This document shows positions 9,545 to 18,900 of a stretch of 64,000 nt of DNA, one piece after another. Position numbers and translations under genes: made by a program. Numbering within the stretch: the stretch's first letter is position 1; each line of letters opens with the position of its first letter. The notes under the pieces are model-generated. The model was given only the letters and a program-made list of their open reading frames with translations, ran no database searches and had not been told where the DNA came from. The DNA is from Bacillota bacterium (GTDB lineage Bacteria > Bacillota > Clostridia > Monoglobales > Firm-18). Location of the stretch: positions 1,350 through 65,349 of the forward strand of contig JALOAJ010000010.1 in assembly GCA_023228885.1 (NCBI GenBank), in the 5' to 3' direction.

Positions 9545-12295
9545 TCATTGGACTATCACAATAGCCCGAGGCACAACGCGTGGGTCGCTGCTGCTTACGC
9601 TGGTCGCATACACCACAACATACAACGCATTATCCATAAACTCGTCATGAGTGCCAAGCCTTGCGGTATCATTTTTTAAGTTGTACACAAAAACTGGAGG
9701 CGGGCTGCTGATTTGAACATCATAATTCTTTGAAAAACCCATGCCATCGCTCATATTTATAATATCGACCTTGCGGTTCAGCAATTCGGATACTCGATTA
9801 TACCGAACATCCGCAATATCACCCACAAACACCTCGGAGTTGACGTCAATAGAAGTATAAGCTTTAAACACAGACGAATCAAGATGCTGTATAAGAGTAT
9901 ACGCATCAAGCTCATTACTGTTGTTCAGAGAATATTCTATTAACTGTCCGGTTCTAAGCCCGCTAAAATTATATCCTCCCGCGTGCTCGGATACAAAGAA
10001 ATCCTCCGGGCCTTTCGATGTGATTATTTTTACGAATGTTCTTTCTTTTTCCTCCTCATCCAGCTTTTTACTCATTTTATAAACAATCCCGTACTTTGAA
10101 ATGGAGCTGCCGGGAACATCATATATCATGCTCGCACTGATTACAATCAAAGCCACACAGGCGCTGTCCTCGTCAAAGTCATAGCCTTCTATCGAGTAGA
10201 ATTGATTGTTATTAAGCTCAATGTCCGCTAAATAATTATCGTCTTCGGATTCCTGGTTTATCTGAGGCAGGCACAGCGCGATGGTGCGGTTTCTGATTCC
10301 GTAAGCGCCGTTGCCCACATCGCCTGAAAATGTTTTTTCATACGCGTTATATTTCTTTCCGACCTGCCAGTCTCGACCGACAAGCTTAGGAGCCGTAAGC
10401 TGAGTTATCTGTCCCTTTGCGTTAAGCTGATACTTAAGGGGCAGGGAGGTGGATTTTATTGCGGTTCCGCCGACATTTGTCCTTTCGTCAAGCATTGCCT
10501 GAAAAAACGGTGTGATTTCATTTGTTTTTAATGATCTTATGCCCGTTTCATCCTCAAAGGATACCCGGTCGGCAAATTCCAGGGTGCCGATGCCTTTATT
10601 TTTTGCTGCGATAGCCGGAACCGATCCTGAGTATGAATCCGGAGACGGTTCTTCCTCGCTGTCGGAGAACACATTGCCGTATAAAACCTTTGCTAAGGGG
10701 CTTTGCATTGTTCTATCCCTCACAGATAGAAGTGCAATATAATTCAAATCAGAAAGCACTCCTTCGCTAACATATACCACATTTCCCCTGTAATCTAAAT
10801 TTATGGTCACTTCCTTGCCCAAAAACTTGTTAAAACCACTCTCTTGTGCAAATGATTTTCCTAAATCATAGGTTGCACCGCCAATTACTATAAACCCGGG
10901 GTCTAAAGAAAATTCCTCAATTATACCGTCAATTTGGCTTCTTGACACATATACCTTGATTAAGGTTTCATCCACATCAATAAATATGCTCACTGTATCC
11001 CCCGGAGTTATATCCTCAATTGCCACCGGATTGTTGTCCGCATCATATATATAGCTTTTAAGATATATGTTTCTGTCATCTTTTAAAATGATACCGGATT
11101 TGCCGTTTAAACGCTTATCATGCGAAAAATTAATCCGGTATGATTCAGGATTGACTGAGCTGACCACAAAACTTTGATATTCGTTAAAAAGCAGCACATT
11201 GTACTCGCTGCCCCCATCATTTGAGATGAATGTAATATATCCTTCCATGAGTTCTTCCGTGTTTATACTTGCCCAATCCCGCGGCAGGCCATTATATAAT
11301 AAATCGACATTGGGCGCAATTTTTTTCGTAATGATTTGTTTGTTTTGCTCATAGGAAACCTCTTCGTTTGTTAGGCTGATAATATCCTTATTCTCAATAA
11401 TATCAATGATATTGTTTCTTTCATCGGGTAATATTGATTTAATGATATACTTATTTGTGCTTTCCTCCAATACTACATAAGCGTCAACCGTAAGACCCAA
11501 ATAAGATGCGGCATCCGTATTTCCCGCACGTATTACAACATCATCAATCATAATTTCATCATCCCTCAGATTGACATTAGGGGCAAGAAGCCATGAATCA
11601 TAGTTTGCCGTAACAACGCCGCGAACCTTGAAGGTATCATCTTCCTTATTTAACAAATAATTTCGAAGGGTATCTCCGGATTTCAATGTGTGAGCTCCAT
11701 CGGAACGGTAGTGACTGGTAATTAGGCGGTTTGCATTCAACGCGTTAAAAATCATATACAACGACTCGCAATATGTTATTAGCTCGTTAGCAGGCGTTGA
11801 TACGCCATTTAAGAGCCTGCAGTACCCCGCCGAAATCAAGTATCCTTCAGGATAGCCGCCGTAGTTCTTGGCCTGAGGCTCATATCCCAAGAGCCTTACC
11901 AGCATGATGGACGCTTCTAAAACAGTCAGGTTTCTTTCCGGGTGAAAATTTCCGTCTACATCCCCGTCAATGATTCCCATTGCTGTCAAAAAGCCTATCG
12001 CCGGCAAGTACCGATGTTCGCCCGGAACATCCGCGTATTTTGAGGCGCTGCCGCTTAAAGACTGATCGTCTGAGTTCAAAAGCTTATGCAGCATTTCGGA
12101 AAATTCCGCGCGTGTAATATTTTTTCCAAGTTCCCCACCGTCCACATCCCCCTCTATAACATTAAAGGCTTGCAAATCCAGTATCAGCGCGGAAGACAGG
12201 GAGATTTCCGCATGGGAAAAGCCAAGAGGTGTAGCAACCACTGCTAAAACCACTGTCAGACAAATAAATTTTTTGAATACTTTTTTAAGCTTCAT
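9545..12295 (-). CDS. cell-surface protein with N-terminal SLH repeats and an uncharacterised ~700-aa body (paralog of 53141..55888)
   Basis: Signal peptide, then SLH-like repeats (YADVPGEHRYLPAIGFLTAMGIIDGDVDGNFHPERNLTVLEASIMLVRLL). The remainder has no motif I recognise. It is collinear with the locus-B protein. A 22-nt gap separates it from the downstream lyase-fold gene. Confidence 0.75.
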   Translation of the reverse strand: MKLKKVFKKFICLTVVLAVVATPLGFSHAEISLSSALILDLQAFNVIEGDVDGGELGKNITRAEFSEMLHKLLNSDDQSLSGSASKYADVPGEHRYLPAIGFLTAMGIIDGDVDGNFHPERNLTVLEASIMLVRLLGYEPQAKNYGGYPEGYLISAGYCRLLNGVSTPANELITYCESLYMIFNALNANRLITSHYRSDGAHTLKSGDTLRNYLLNKEDDTFKVRGVVTANYDSWLLAPNVNLRDDEIMIDDVVIRAGNTDAASYLGLTVDAYVVLEESTNKYIIKSILPDERNNIIDIIENKDIISLTNEEVSYEQNKQIITKKIAPNVDLLYNGLPRDWASINTEELMEGYITFISNDGGSEYNVLLFNEYQSFVVSSVNPESYRINFSHDKRLNGKSGIILKDDRNIYLKSYIYDADNNPVAIEDITPGDTVSIFIDVDETLIKVYVSRSQIDGIIEEFSLDPGFIVIGGATYDLGKSFAQESGFNKFLGKEVTINLDYRGNVVYVSEGVLSDLNYIALLSVRDRTMQSPLAKVLYGNVFSDSEEEPSPDSYSGSVPAIAAKNKGIGTLEFADRVSFEDETGIRSLKTNEITPFFQAMLDERTNVGGTAIKSTSLPLKYQLNAKGQITQLTAPKLVGRDWQVGKKYNAYEKTFSGDVGNGAYGIRNRTIALCLPQINQESEDDNYLADIELNNNQFYSIEGYDFDEDSACVALIVISASMIYDVPGSSISKYGIVYKMSKKLDEEEKERTFVKIITSKGPEDFFVSEHAGGYNFSGLRTGQLIEYSLNNSNELDAYTLIQHLDSSVFKAYTSIDVNSEVFVGDIADVRYNRVSELLNRKVDIINMSDGMGFSKNYDVQISSPPPVFVYNLKNDTARLGTHDEFMDNALYVVVYATSVSSSDPRVVPRAIVIVQ

Positions 12296-12331
12296 AATGA
12301 ACCCCTCTCAATCATCACTTAAGATTATGTA

Positions 12332-13213
12332 CTATCCCTTCACGGCGCCTATCATAATTCCTTTGACAAAGTATTTCTGTAAAAACGGATATAAACACAA
12401 TATCGGAAAGGTTGCGATTACCATTGTCGAATATTTAATCGTTTCACTTACCATCTGTGTATCCGCGGCATTTCCCCCGCTTGTCATTGATGCCGTATCA
12501 TTCACAATCAGTATTTCACGAAGCACTAGCTGCAATGGATATAAATTCCGATTTTTAATAAAAATTATCGCATTGAACCAGGCGTTCCAATGATGCACTC
12601 CATAGTATAGGATAATCACCGCGACTGTAGGCAGCGACAGCGGCATCACTATTCTCCACAAGATGGTAAAATGTCCCGCTCCGTCCATTTTCGCGGATTC
12701 CTCCAAGCTGTACGGTATGCACATAAATGCTGTTCTCATAATAATCAGGTTAAATGTGCCTATCGCGTTCGGTAATATCAATGACCACAGAGTGTCATAG
12801 AGACCCAGCTCCCTTACCAATAAGTAAAAGGGTATAAGCCCTCCGCTGAAAAACATTGTAAACACTATTATCCACATTACCTGCTTTTGGAATACAGCCC
12901 TTGGTCTGGATAAAAAATACGCGCCAAAGCTTGTCAGTGTCAAATTCAGTGCCACTCCGACTATCACAATTACTATTGTGTTTCTGTATCCTATACCAAT
13001 CATTGAGTTTTGCAAAACCGTTTTATAAGAATCAAATGTAAAACCTAAAGGGTTCCACAGTATTCCTTGATGTGCCATATGCCGCATCGGCTCTGAAAAT
13101 GATACCATCAGTATATAGTAAAGGGGATATGCTATAACAAACAATAACGCCGTCAAAAATGCCTTATTGAAATAATTAAATATTTTTTCGTTTTTTGTGT
13201 ACTCCAAGCCCAT
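12332..13213 (-). CDS. carbohydrate ABC transporter permease (LplC/YtcP-like)
   Basis: Multi-TM, 293 aa. It has the EAA-loop region ESAKMDGAGHFTILWRIVMPLSLP. Its paralog is at 44239..45135. Confidence 0.9.
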   Translation of the reverse strand: MGLEYTKNEKIFNYFNKAFLTALLFVIAYPLYYILMVSFSEPMRHMAHQGILWNPLGFTFDSYKTVLQNSMIGIGYRNTIVIVIVGVALNLTLTSFGAYFLSRPRAVFQKQVMWIIVFTMFFSGGLIPFYLLVRELGLYDTLWSLILPNAIGTFNLIIMRTAFMCIPYSLEESAKMDGAGHFTILWRIVMPLSLPTVAVIILYYGVHHWNAWFNAIIFIKNRNLYPLQLVLREILIVNDTASMTSGGNAADTQMVSETIKYSTMVIATFPILCLYPFLQKYFVKGIMIGAVKG

Positions 13214-13228
13214 ATAAATCCTCCCCTG

Positions 13229-14188
13229 TTACCACAATTTTGTGTCTGCAAACTTCCTGGTTATTGTGTTTGCAGATATAAGCAGTATGCAATTTATTAA
13301 TCCGTTGAACAGCCCCACCGCCGTAGAGTAACTCCAGTTAGCTTCCAATAAGCCTTTTCTGTATACATACGATGATATCACATCTGCTTTGCTCATAACG
13401 GCGTCATTATACAACAGAATAATCTTTTCAAAGCCCACATTCATTAGTCCGCCGATTCTTAAGATAAGCATTATGATTATCGTTGGAAGCAGGCATGGCA
13501 GGGTGATGTTTATAGTTTGCCTTATTCTTCCGGCTCCGTCTATTCTTGCCGCCTCATACAGCTGCTGGTCTATTCCCACAAGTGCCGACAGATAAATTAT
13601 CGAGCCCCATCCGACCTCCTGCCATATTCCTGATATTACATAAACCGGCATAAATAAGTTGGGTTCTTGCAACATCGTTTTCTGCGGAAAGCCAAATATA
13701 CCCAGAACCTGCGTAATTACTCCGTTATATCTTGTGAATTCAATTACCATTCCGCATGTTACGACCAATGACACAAAATGCGGCATATAGCTTAATGTTT
13801 GCACAATTCTTTTGAATTTTGTTCCATGAAGCTCGTTTATGAGCAGAGCAAATAGTATTGGCGCAGGGAATCCAAATAAAATGGTCGCCAGGCTTATGCG
13901 CAGCGTATTGGTAAATGTCCGCGCGAAATACGGCGAACGGAAGAACTCCTCAAACCATTGGAAACCAACCCACGGGCTGTTCCATAGTCCCTGCGCCGGT
14001 GAAAAATGTTTAAAGGATATTATTGCCCCGCCCATTGGGATGTAGCAGAATATAATATAGTACAGCAACACCGGGATAATCATGATGTACAGCGACTTCT
14101 CATTTTTTATGAGCGTCCATGTATGCTTTGCTCTACTTCCCAAGCTTATCCCCCTTTTTTCGGTTCTTGTATTCATATCCATGGTCAT
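13229..14188 (-). CDS. carbohydrate ABC transporter permease (LplB/YteP-like)
   Basis: Multi-TM, 319 aa. It has the motif EAARIDGAGRIRQTINITLPCLLP. Its paralog is at 43262..44221. Confidence 0.9.
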   Translation of the reverse strand: MTMDMNTRTEKRGISLGSRAKHTWTLIKNEKSLYIMIIPVLLYYIIFCYIPMGGAIISFKHFSPAQGLWNSPWVGFQWFEEFFRSPYFARTFTNTLRISLATILFGFPAPILFALLINELHGTKFKRIVQTLSYMPHFVSLVVTCGMVIEFTRYNGVITQVLGIFGFPQKTMLQEPNLFMPVYVISGIWQEVGWGSIIYLSALVGIDQQLYEAARIDGAGRIRQTINITLPCLLPTIIIMLILRIGGLMNVGFEKIILLYNDAVMSKADVISSYVYRKGLLEANWSYSTAVGLFNGLINCILLISANTITRKFADTKLW

Positions 14189-14271
14189 CTAAGCCTTTCA
14201 CTGTATATATTTTAATGTCAATTCGAATTAAACAATTTCCTTGTTGCGAATTGAAAAATAATATAAATTCC

Positions 14272-15909
14272 TTACCTGTTCATGTACCGGTCGTATGCGT
14301 TTTGCTGCATTTTAATGGCGTCTTCAATTCCAAAGCTTTTTAATTGCGTGATATACGCATCAAAATTGTCAAGAGATTCCGTTCCCAATAACACCTTTAA
14401 GCTATATTCGTCGACATAAGTCTTAACATTGTTTATAATGCTTGAAAATTGTGCGCTTTCACCCTCACTTATTGAAACCGGAGGCAAAATATGATTTACG
14501 GCCTCACTGCTGTTCCACGCGGTAAAAGCTTCCTTTTGGCCTGGCAGCATCCAATATTGCTCTATATACTCCCTGCGCTGCTCAAAAGGGCCGCTGTAGG
14601 TTGCTCTTGCATATGCGGACCACGCCTGCGAAACCGACCAGCCTTCTGGATGGTTCATTACAAAATAAGACATTTTGGGGTATCCATCGATTATATTATA
14701 GCTTTCGCCTTCCACACCAAAGTTGTACAACATATTCCCTTTTTCGGTGTAGCCGTAATCGAGGAAACGCGCCGCAAGCTCAACATTTTGGGATTTCGCG
14801 GTGATTGCCGTAAATTGATTCGATGCGTCCACAGGGTGTACCATTGATGTATATTTCACTGCGTCTCCCCGGTTCTTAACAGGAAACTGCACCGGCAAAA
14901 GCTCCGCATTTAAGTCCTGTGCTTCAAATGCAGGCACATATTTACTAAGTGTTGAACCGGGATAGCATGCGAAGGCCCCTGTCCGGCCGTTTAATACATA
15001 GGAGTCCATAGCCTTGCCGTCCGTTGTTCCTATGCCTTTATCAATCAAGTCCTCCGAGTACCATTTTTGCAGGGTCGCCAGCAGTTCTTTATACTCCGGC
15101 AAATACGCTCCGTATTTGACTTGACCATCGTCTATAAAAAATTCTTTTTTTAACCCATATGCTCCTGAAAATAGGCCGTTTGCAAGAATAAAAAAGGTTC
15201 CTTGATCCTTACTTACCGCAAAGGGCGCCGTGGCTCCCTTTTGCACCTTGAATGCAGTAAGCATGGCGTGCCAGTCGCTAATGGTTTCGGGAAGCGGTAA
15301 ATTCAGCTCATCCAGCCAATCCTTGCGAACAACGGGTCCGTACGAGGTCAGTAATATATCATCTCCGCGTACGAAGGGAAAAGCGAAATACTTACCGCTG
15401 TCCGTTTTCACGGCCCTTTCAACATTAGGATTTGCCTCCATATACTTTGTCATATTCGGAGCGTAGTTTTTAAACACATCGTTTAAGGGAATGATAATGT
15501 TTTCTGCAATAGCCTTTTCAGGGCCACCCGTATATCTGGTTATCCACTTTATCTCTATTATGTCCGGAAGGTTGCCGGACGCTATCATTAGATTAAAATC
15601 GACATCGCTTTGGCCAGCCGGTGGATGTATATATTGAACCTTTATCCCGGTTTCATTTTCCAGTTCTTTTCCTAAAGGTGTATCAGTGATGCTCTTGTAA
15701 TTCGCGCTGATGCTTCCTTGCAAATCAACCCAATAGGTCAGCGTCCTATCTGTATTGATTGGATACGATGTTTCTCCCGGCTGCGTAACAGGTGATTCCT
15801 GGATTATTCCTCCTCCGTTACCGCCTCTGCACGAAATTAACAGGCTGCCCGCCACCGTAATACAAATTGCCAAAGCTATAATTTTTTTAATTTTCACTAT
15901 GCTTCCCAT
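14272..15909 (-). CDS. extracellular solute-binding lipoprotein (large LplA-type SBP)
   Basis: Lipobox LLISC, 545 aa, typical family-1 large SBP composition. The start may be the GTG at 15897, which is better spaced from the GGAG RBS. Confidence 0.85.
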   Translation of the reverse strand: MGSIVKIKKIIALAICITVAGSLLISCRGGNGGGIIQESPVTQPGETSYPINTDRTLTYWVDLQGSISANYKSITDTPLGKELENETGIKVQYIHPPAGQSDVDFNLMIASGNLPDIIEIKWITRYTGGPEKAIAENIIIPLNDVFKNYAPNMTKYMEANPNVERAVKTDSGKYFAFPFVRGDDILLTSYGPVVRKDWLDELNLPLPETISDWHAMLTAFKVQKGATAPFAVSKDQGTFFILANGLFSGAYGLKKEFFIDDGQVKYGAYLPEYKELLATLQKWYSEDLIDKGIGTTDGKAMDSYVLNGRTGAFACYPGSTLSKYVPAFEAQDLNAELLPVQFPVKNRGDAVKYTSMVHPVDASNQFTAITAKSQNVELAARFLDYGYTEKGNMLYNFGVEGESYNIIDGYPKMSYFVMNHPEGWSVSQAWSAYARATYSGPFEQRREYIEQYWMLPGQKEAFTAWNSSEAVNHILPPVSISEGESAQFSSIINNVKTYVDEYSLKVLLGTESLDNFDAYITQLKSFGIEDAIKMQQNAYDRYMNR

Positions 15910-15918
15910 CTCCTGTCA

Positions 15919-18900
15919 TTATTTTGATACATAAATTTCAATTGCTTTTTCAATCATTTTGGCGGATTCGGCGCGCGTTAAGTTGTTTTTTGGTAAAAAT
16001 GTTCCATCAGGATAGCCGCTTATTATGCCAGCGGTTTTCATTAACGCAACCGCTTCCTTGGCGTATTCGCTTATATTATCCTCGTCCATGAAAACCATAT
16101 TATCTGCGGGTTGAAGGCCGTAAGAGCTTCCAGCGACTCGGGAAATCACCGTTGCCGCGTCCTCCCGTGTGATAAAATCGTTTGCGCCAAACAAGCCATT
16201 TGTATATCCGGTGATGATTTTTGCCTCAGCTGCCGCCACTACCCATGGAGCGTACCATTCACCGGAATCAATGTCGGCAAAAGAGATTTCTCCCTTACTG
16301 GACGGCTGAATGTCAAATGCGGAAAGTGTCATCTTTATGAATTCAGCGCGCGTTATATTGTTCTGCGGATAAAAATCTCCATCACCGCCGCCATTCACAA
16401 TTCCCAAGTCATAAAGTGCCATGATTGAAACATACGCCCAGTGACCGGGTACATCCTTAAACGCCTCTCTGGATTCTTTTCCGGCTTCGGTAGGCTGCGT
16501 GTCCGCTATCAACGGTATATTGATTCCCACGCTTGTGACGCTTCCTCCCCTGCCACTGCTTCCCCCACCTCCACCGCTTCCAGGCAAGCCGCTGGCAGAT
16601 AGGGTTCGGACAGAAAGCACAGCCGGTTCGCTGCTGACCCCGTTATTGTCAGCGGTCACCTCAAATGTGTAGGAGGTATATGGAGCTAATCCGGAAAAGC
16701 TTAAGCTTGTCGCGGTGAGTTCAGCTTGAAACTTTGAACGGTTCATATACACGCTGTAGCCTGTTACACTTCCTTCGGGGATAGTCCAGCTCAAGGTTAG
16801 TGAGGTTTGTGTAATGCCACTTGCCATCAGATTAACAGGTGCGCCCGGCACCTGCAGCCAGTGCCCCATTCCATCGCTCCCCATAACCCCTGCAGCTTGA
16901 CTCCCTCCGTCTGTGACCAGACCACCGGCGCTTTCCGCTTTGATTACGGCACCCTTATCCGCTTTTATGGAAGATAAGGAATTAACCGCAAGCTTGCTTC
17001 TCTCTGCTATAAAAATAGAAGATGTGCTGTCCATTTCGGCTGCAGTTCCCGTTAAAGTCAAGGAAACGCCACCCGCCACGATTAGGGATGCGCCTTGAAG
17101 GCTAATTATTTTTCTTCCGCCGTCAATTGTATGATCAATATTTTGCCTAAATACTCCTGTAAAGGAATACCTGCATACATTACCGCTCGGCAAGCAGGTC
17201 ATGTTCATGTTTGCTCCTTCACCCAGGGTAAATACGGACGGTGCGTCTTTCGTACCCACGATATTCACTCCATCGTACGACAGCCCGCCTAAGCCGAAGA
17301 CACCAATCATTGCCCCGTCCGCTATGGACAACTCACCGTTTGACGCATTCAAGATGCCGTAAGTTTCCACCCGTGAGCCGTTTCCTTCAAGAACAAGAGG
17401 ACCGGAGTTCTCCGAAACTGTTAATGTTATGCCTTCCGAAATTGTTAATGTCATCCCGCTTGGAATAATCATAGCGGTTCCGCTCGGTACCTCTGCACTG
17501 TATCCCAATACGGCGCTTTGTGTTAATGCAATGCAATTCAGCTGCGGGTAATAAGCCGCATTGTTGTCTAAGGCTGATATCAGTGCCACCACATCGGAGG
17601 AAGCTCCACGGGAAATGATATTCAACACTGCAGTGTTGGAGATTGCGTTTCCGCTTGTTAAGCGGAAAAAATATGTGCCCGAGGCTGTGTCCGTTGTGGT
17701 TAGTGCGGTAATCAGAGATGTGTTATTTGATATGTCGGAAACGGATATGTCCACGCCTGCGGGGGGCTCATTTATTATGACGGTTCCCGCCGCATCGTTG
17801 CAGTACAGCACATCAAGAGCGGTATCGTTTGGAATATATGTTGTTTCAACCTCATAGGTGGCTCTTCCATTCACCCTTTCGGTCACATTTCCCATTTGTC
17901 TGCCTATGGTTATTGTCGCCTCGTTGATGACTACCGCGCCTGTATTAATAGAAACCGCTTCTCCGCCCGTAAGCTTGAAGTAATACATACCTGCCGCCGC
18001 AATTTCTGTTGTGGTTACATAGATCTTTGATGTATTACCGACTATGTCGTTTGCGGTAATTGTTATTCCAACCGGCTGGCTTGCGGGTTCTCCGGCACTG
18101 TTTGTGCAATATATCACCTCAAGAGGCGTATTGTCGGGAATATTAGCCGCTATCACATCAATCACCGCCGCATCCGCAATCCCTTGAACCAACAATTTAC
18201 TCTGGATTGTTGCAATATTTATTCTGGGAGCGGGAGTCAGGACTAAGGATGCTAAATTGGACTCCGCTCCACAGCTCGCGAGTTTAAAGTAATAGGTTCC
18301 GGTCACGGACTCCGGTGAAACCGTTACTGTCACTAAATCGGCGTGAGCCGTAATAATTATCCCGTTCGGAGGCGCCCCTATGTCGTTCCCCTCGTTGTCA
18401 CAGTATATTGGGACAATGGGTGCGCCGCTTGTTATGTTCGCGGTTGTCAAGTTAAATGATGCCATTCCTGCCGTCCCCTCTTTTACCTCTCCCATTTGGG
18501 GCGCCTCCACCGTTATCGCGGGAGCGGCCGAGCTTACAACAATTGATGCTACATTAGATTCTGCGCCGCCAAATTCTCCATCTTCTTCACCAATCAGTTT
18601 AAAATAATATATGCCGCCCGAGATTTCCCCCGTTGCGTTTACTGTAACAACAGACCTTTCACCGGTCACGCCGGCTGCCATGACGGTCATGCCTCCTGGT
18701 TGGCTTCCGGGTGCGCCGTCTGCATTTGCGCAGTATATTACATTAAAAGCCGCCCCGTCATCAATGTTCATCGTGACGACGGAAAAGACCGCTTCTCCCG
18801 GCGTTCCGGCTATCAGCACTCCGTTTTGAACCGGCAAAATTTCTATATCCGGCTCACTCGTCGCCGTCACATTTACCACGCAGCTTTTATAGACATTGAT

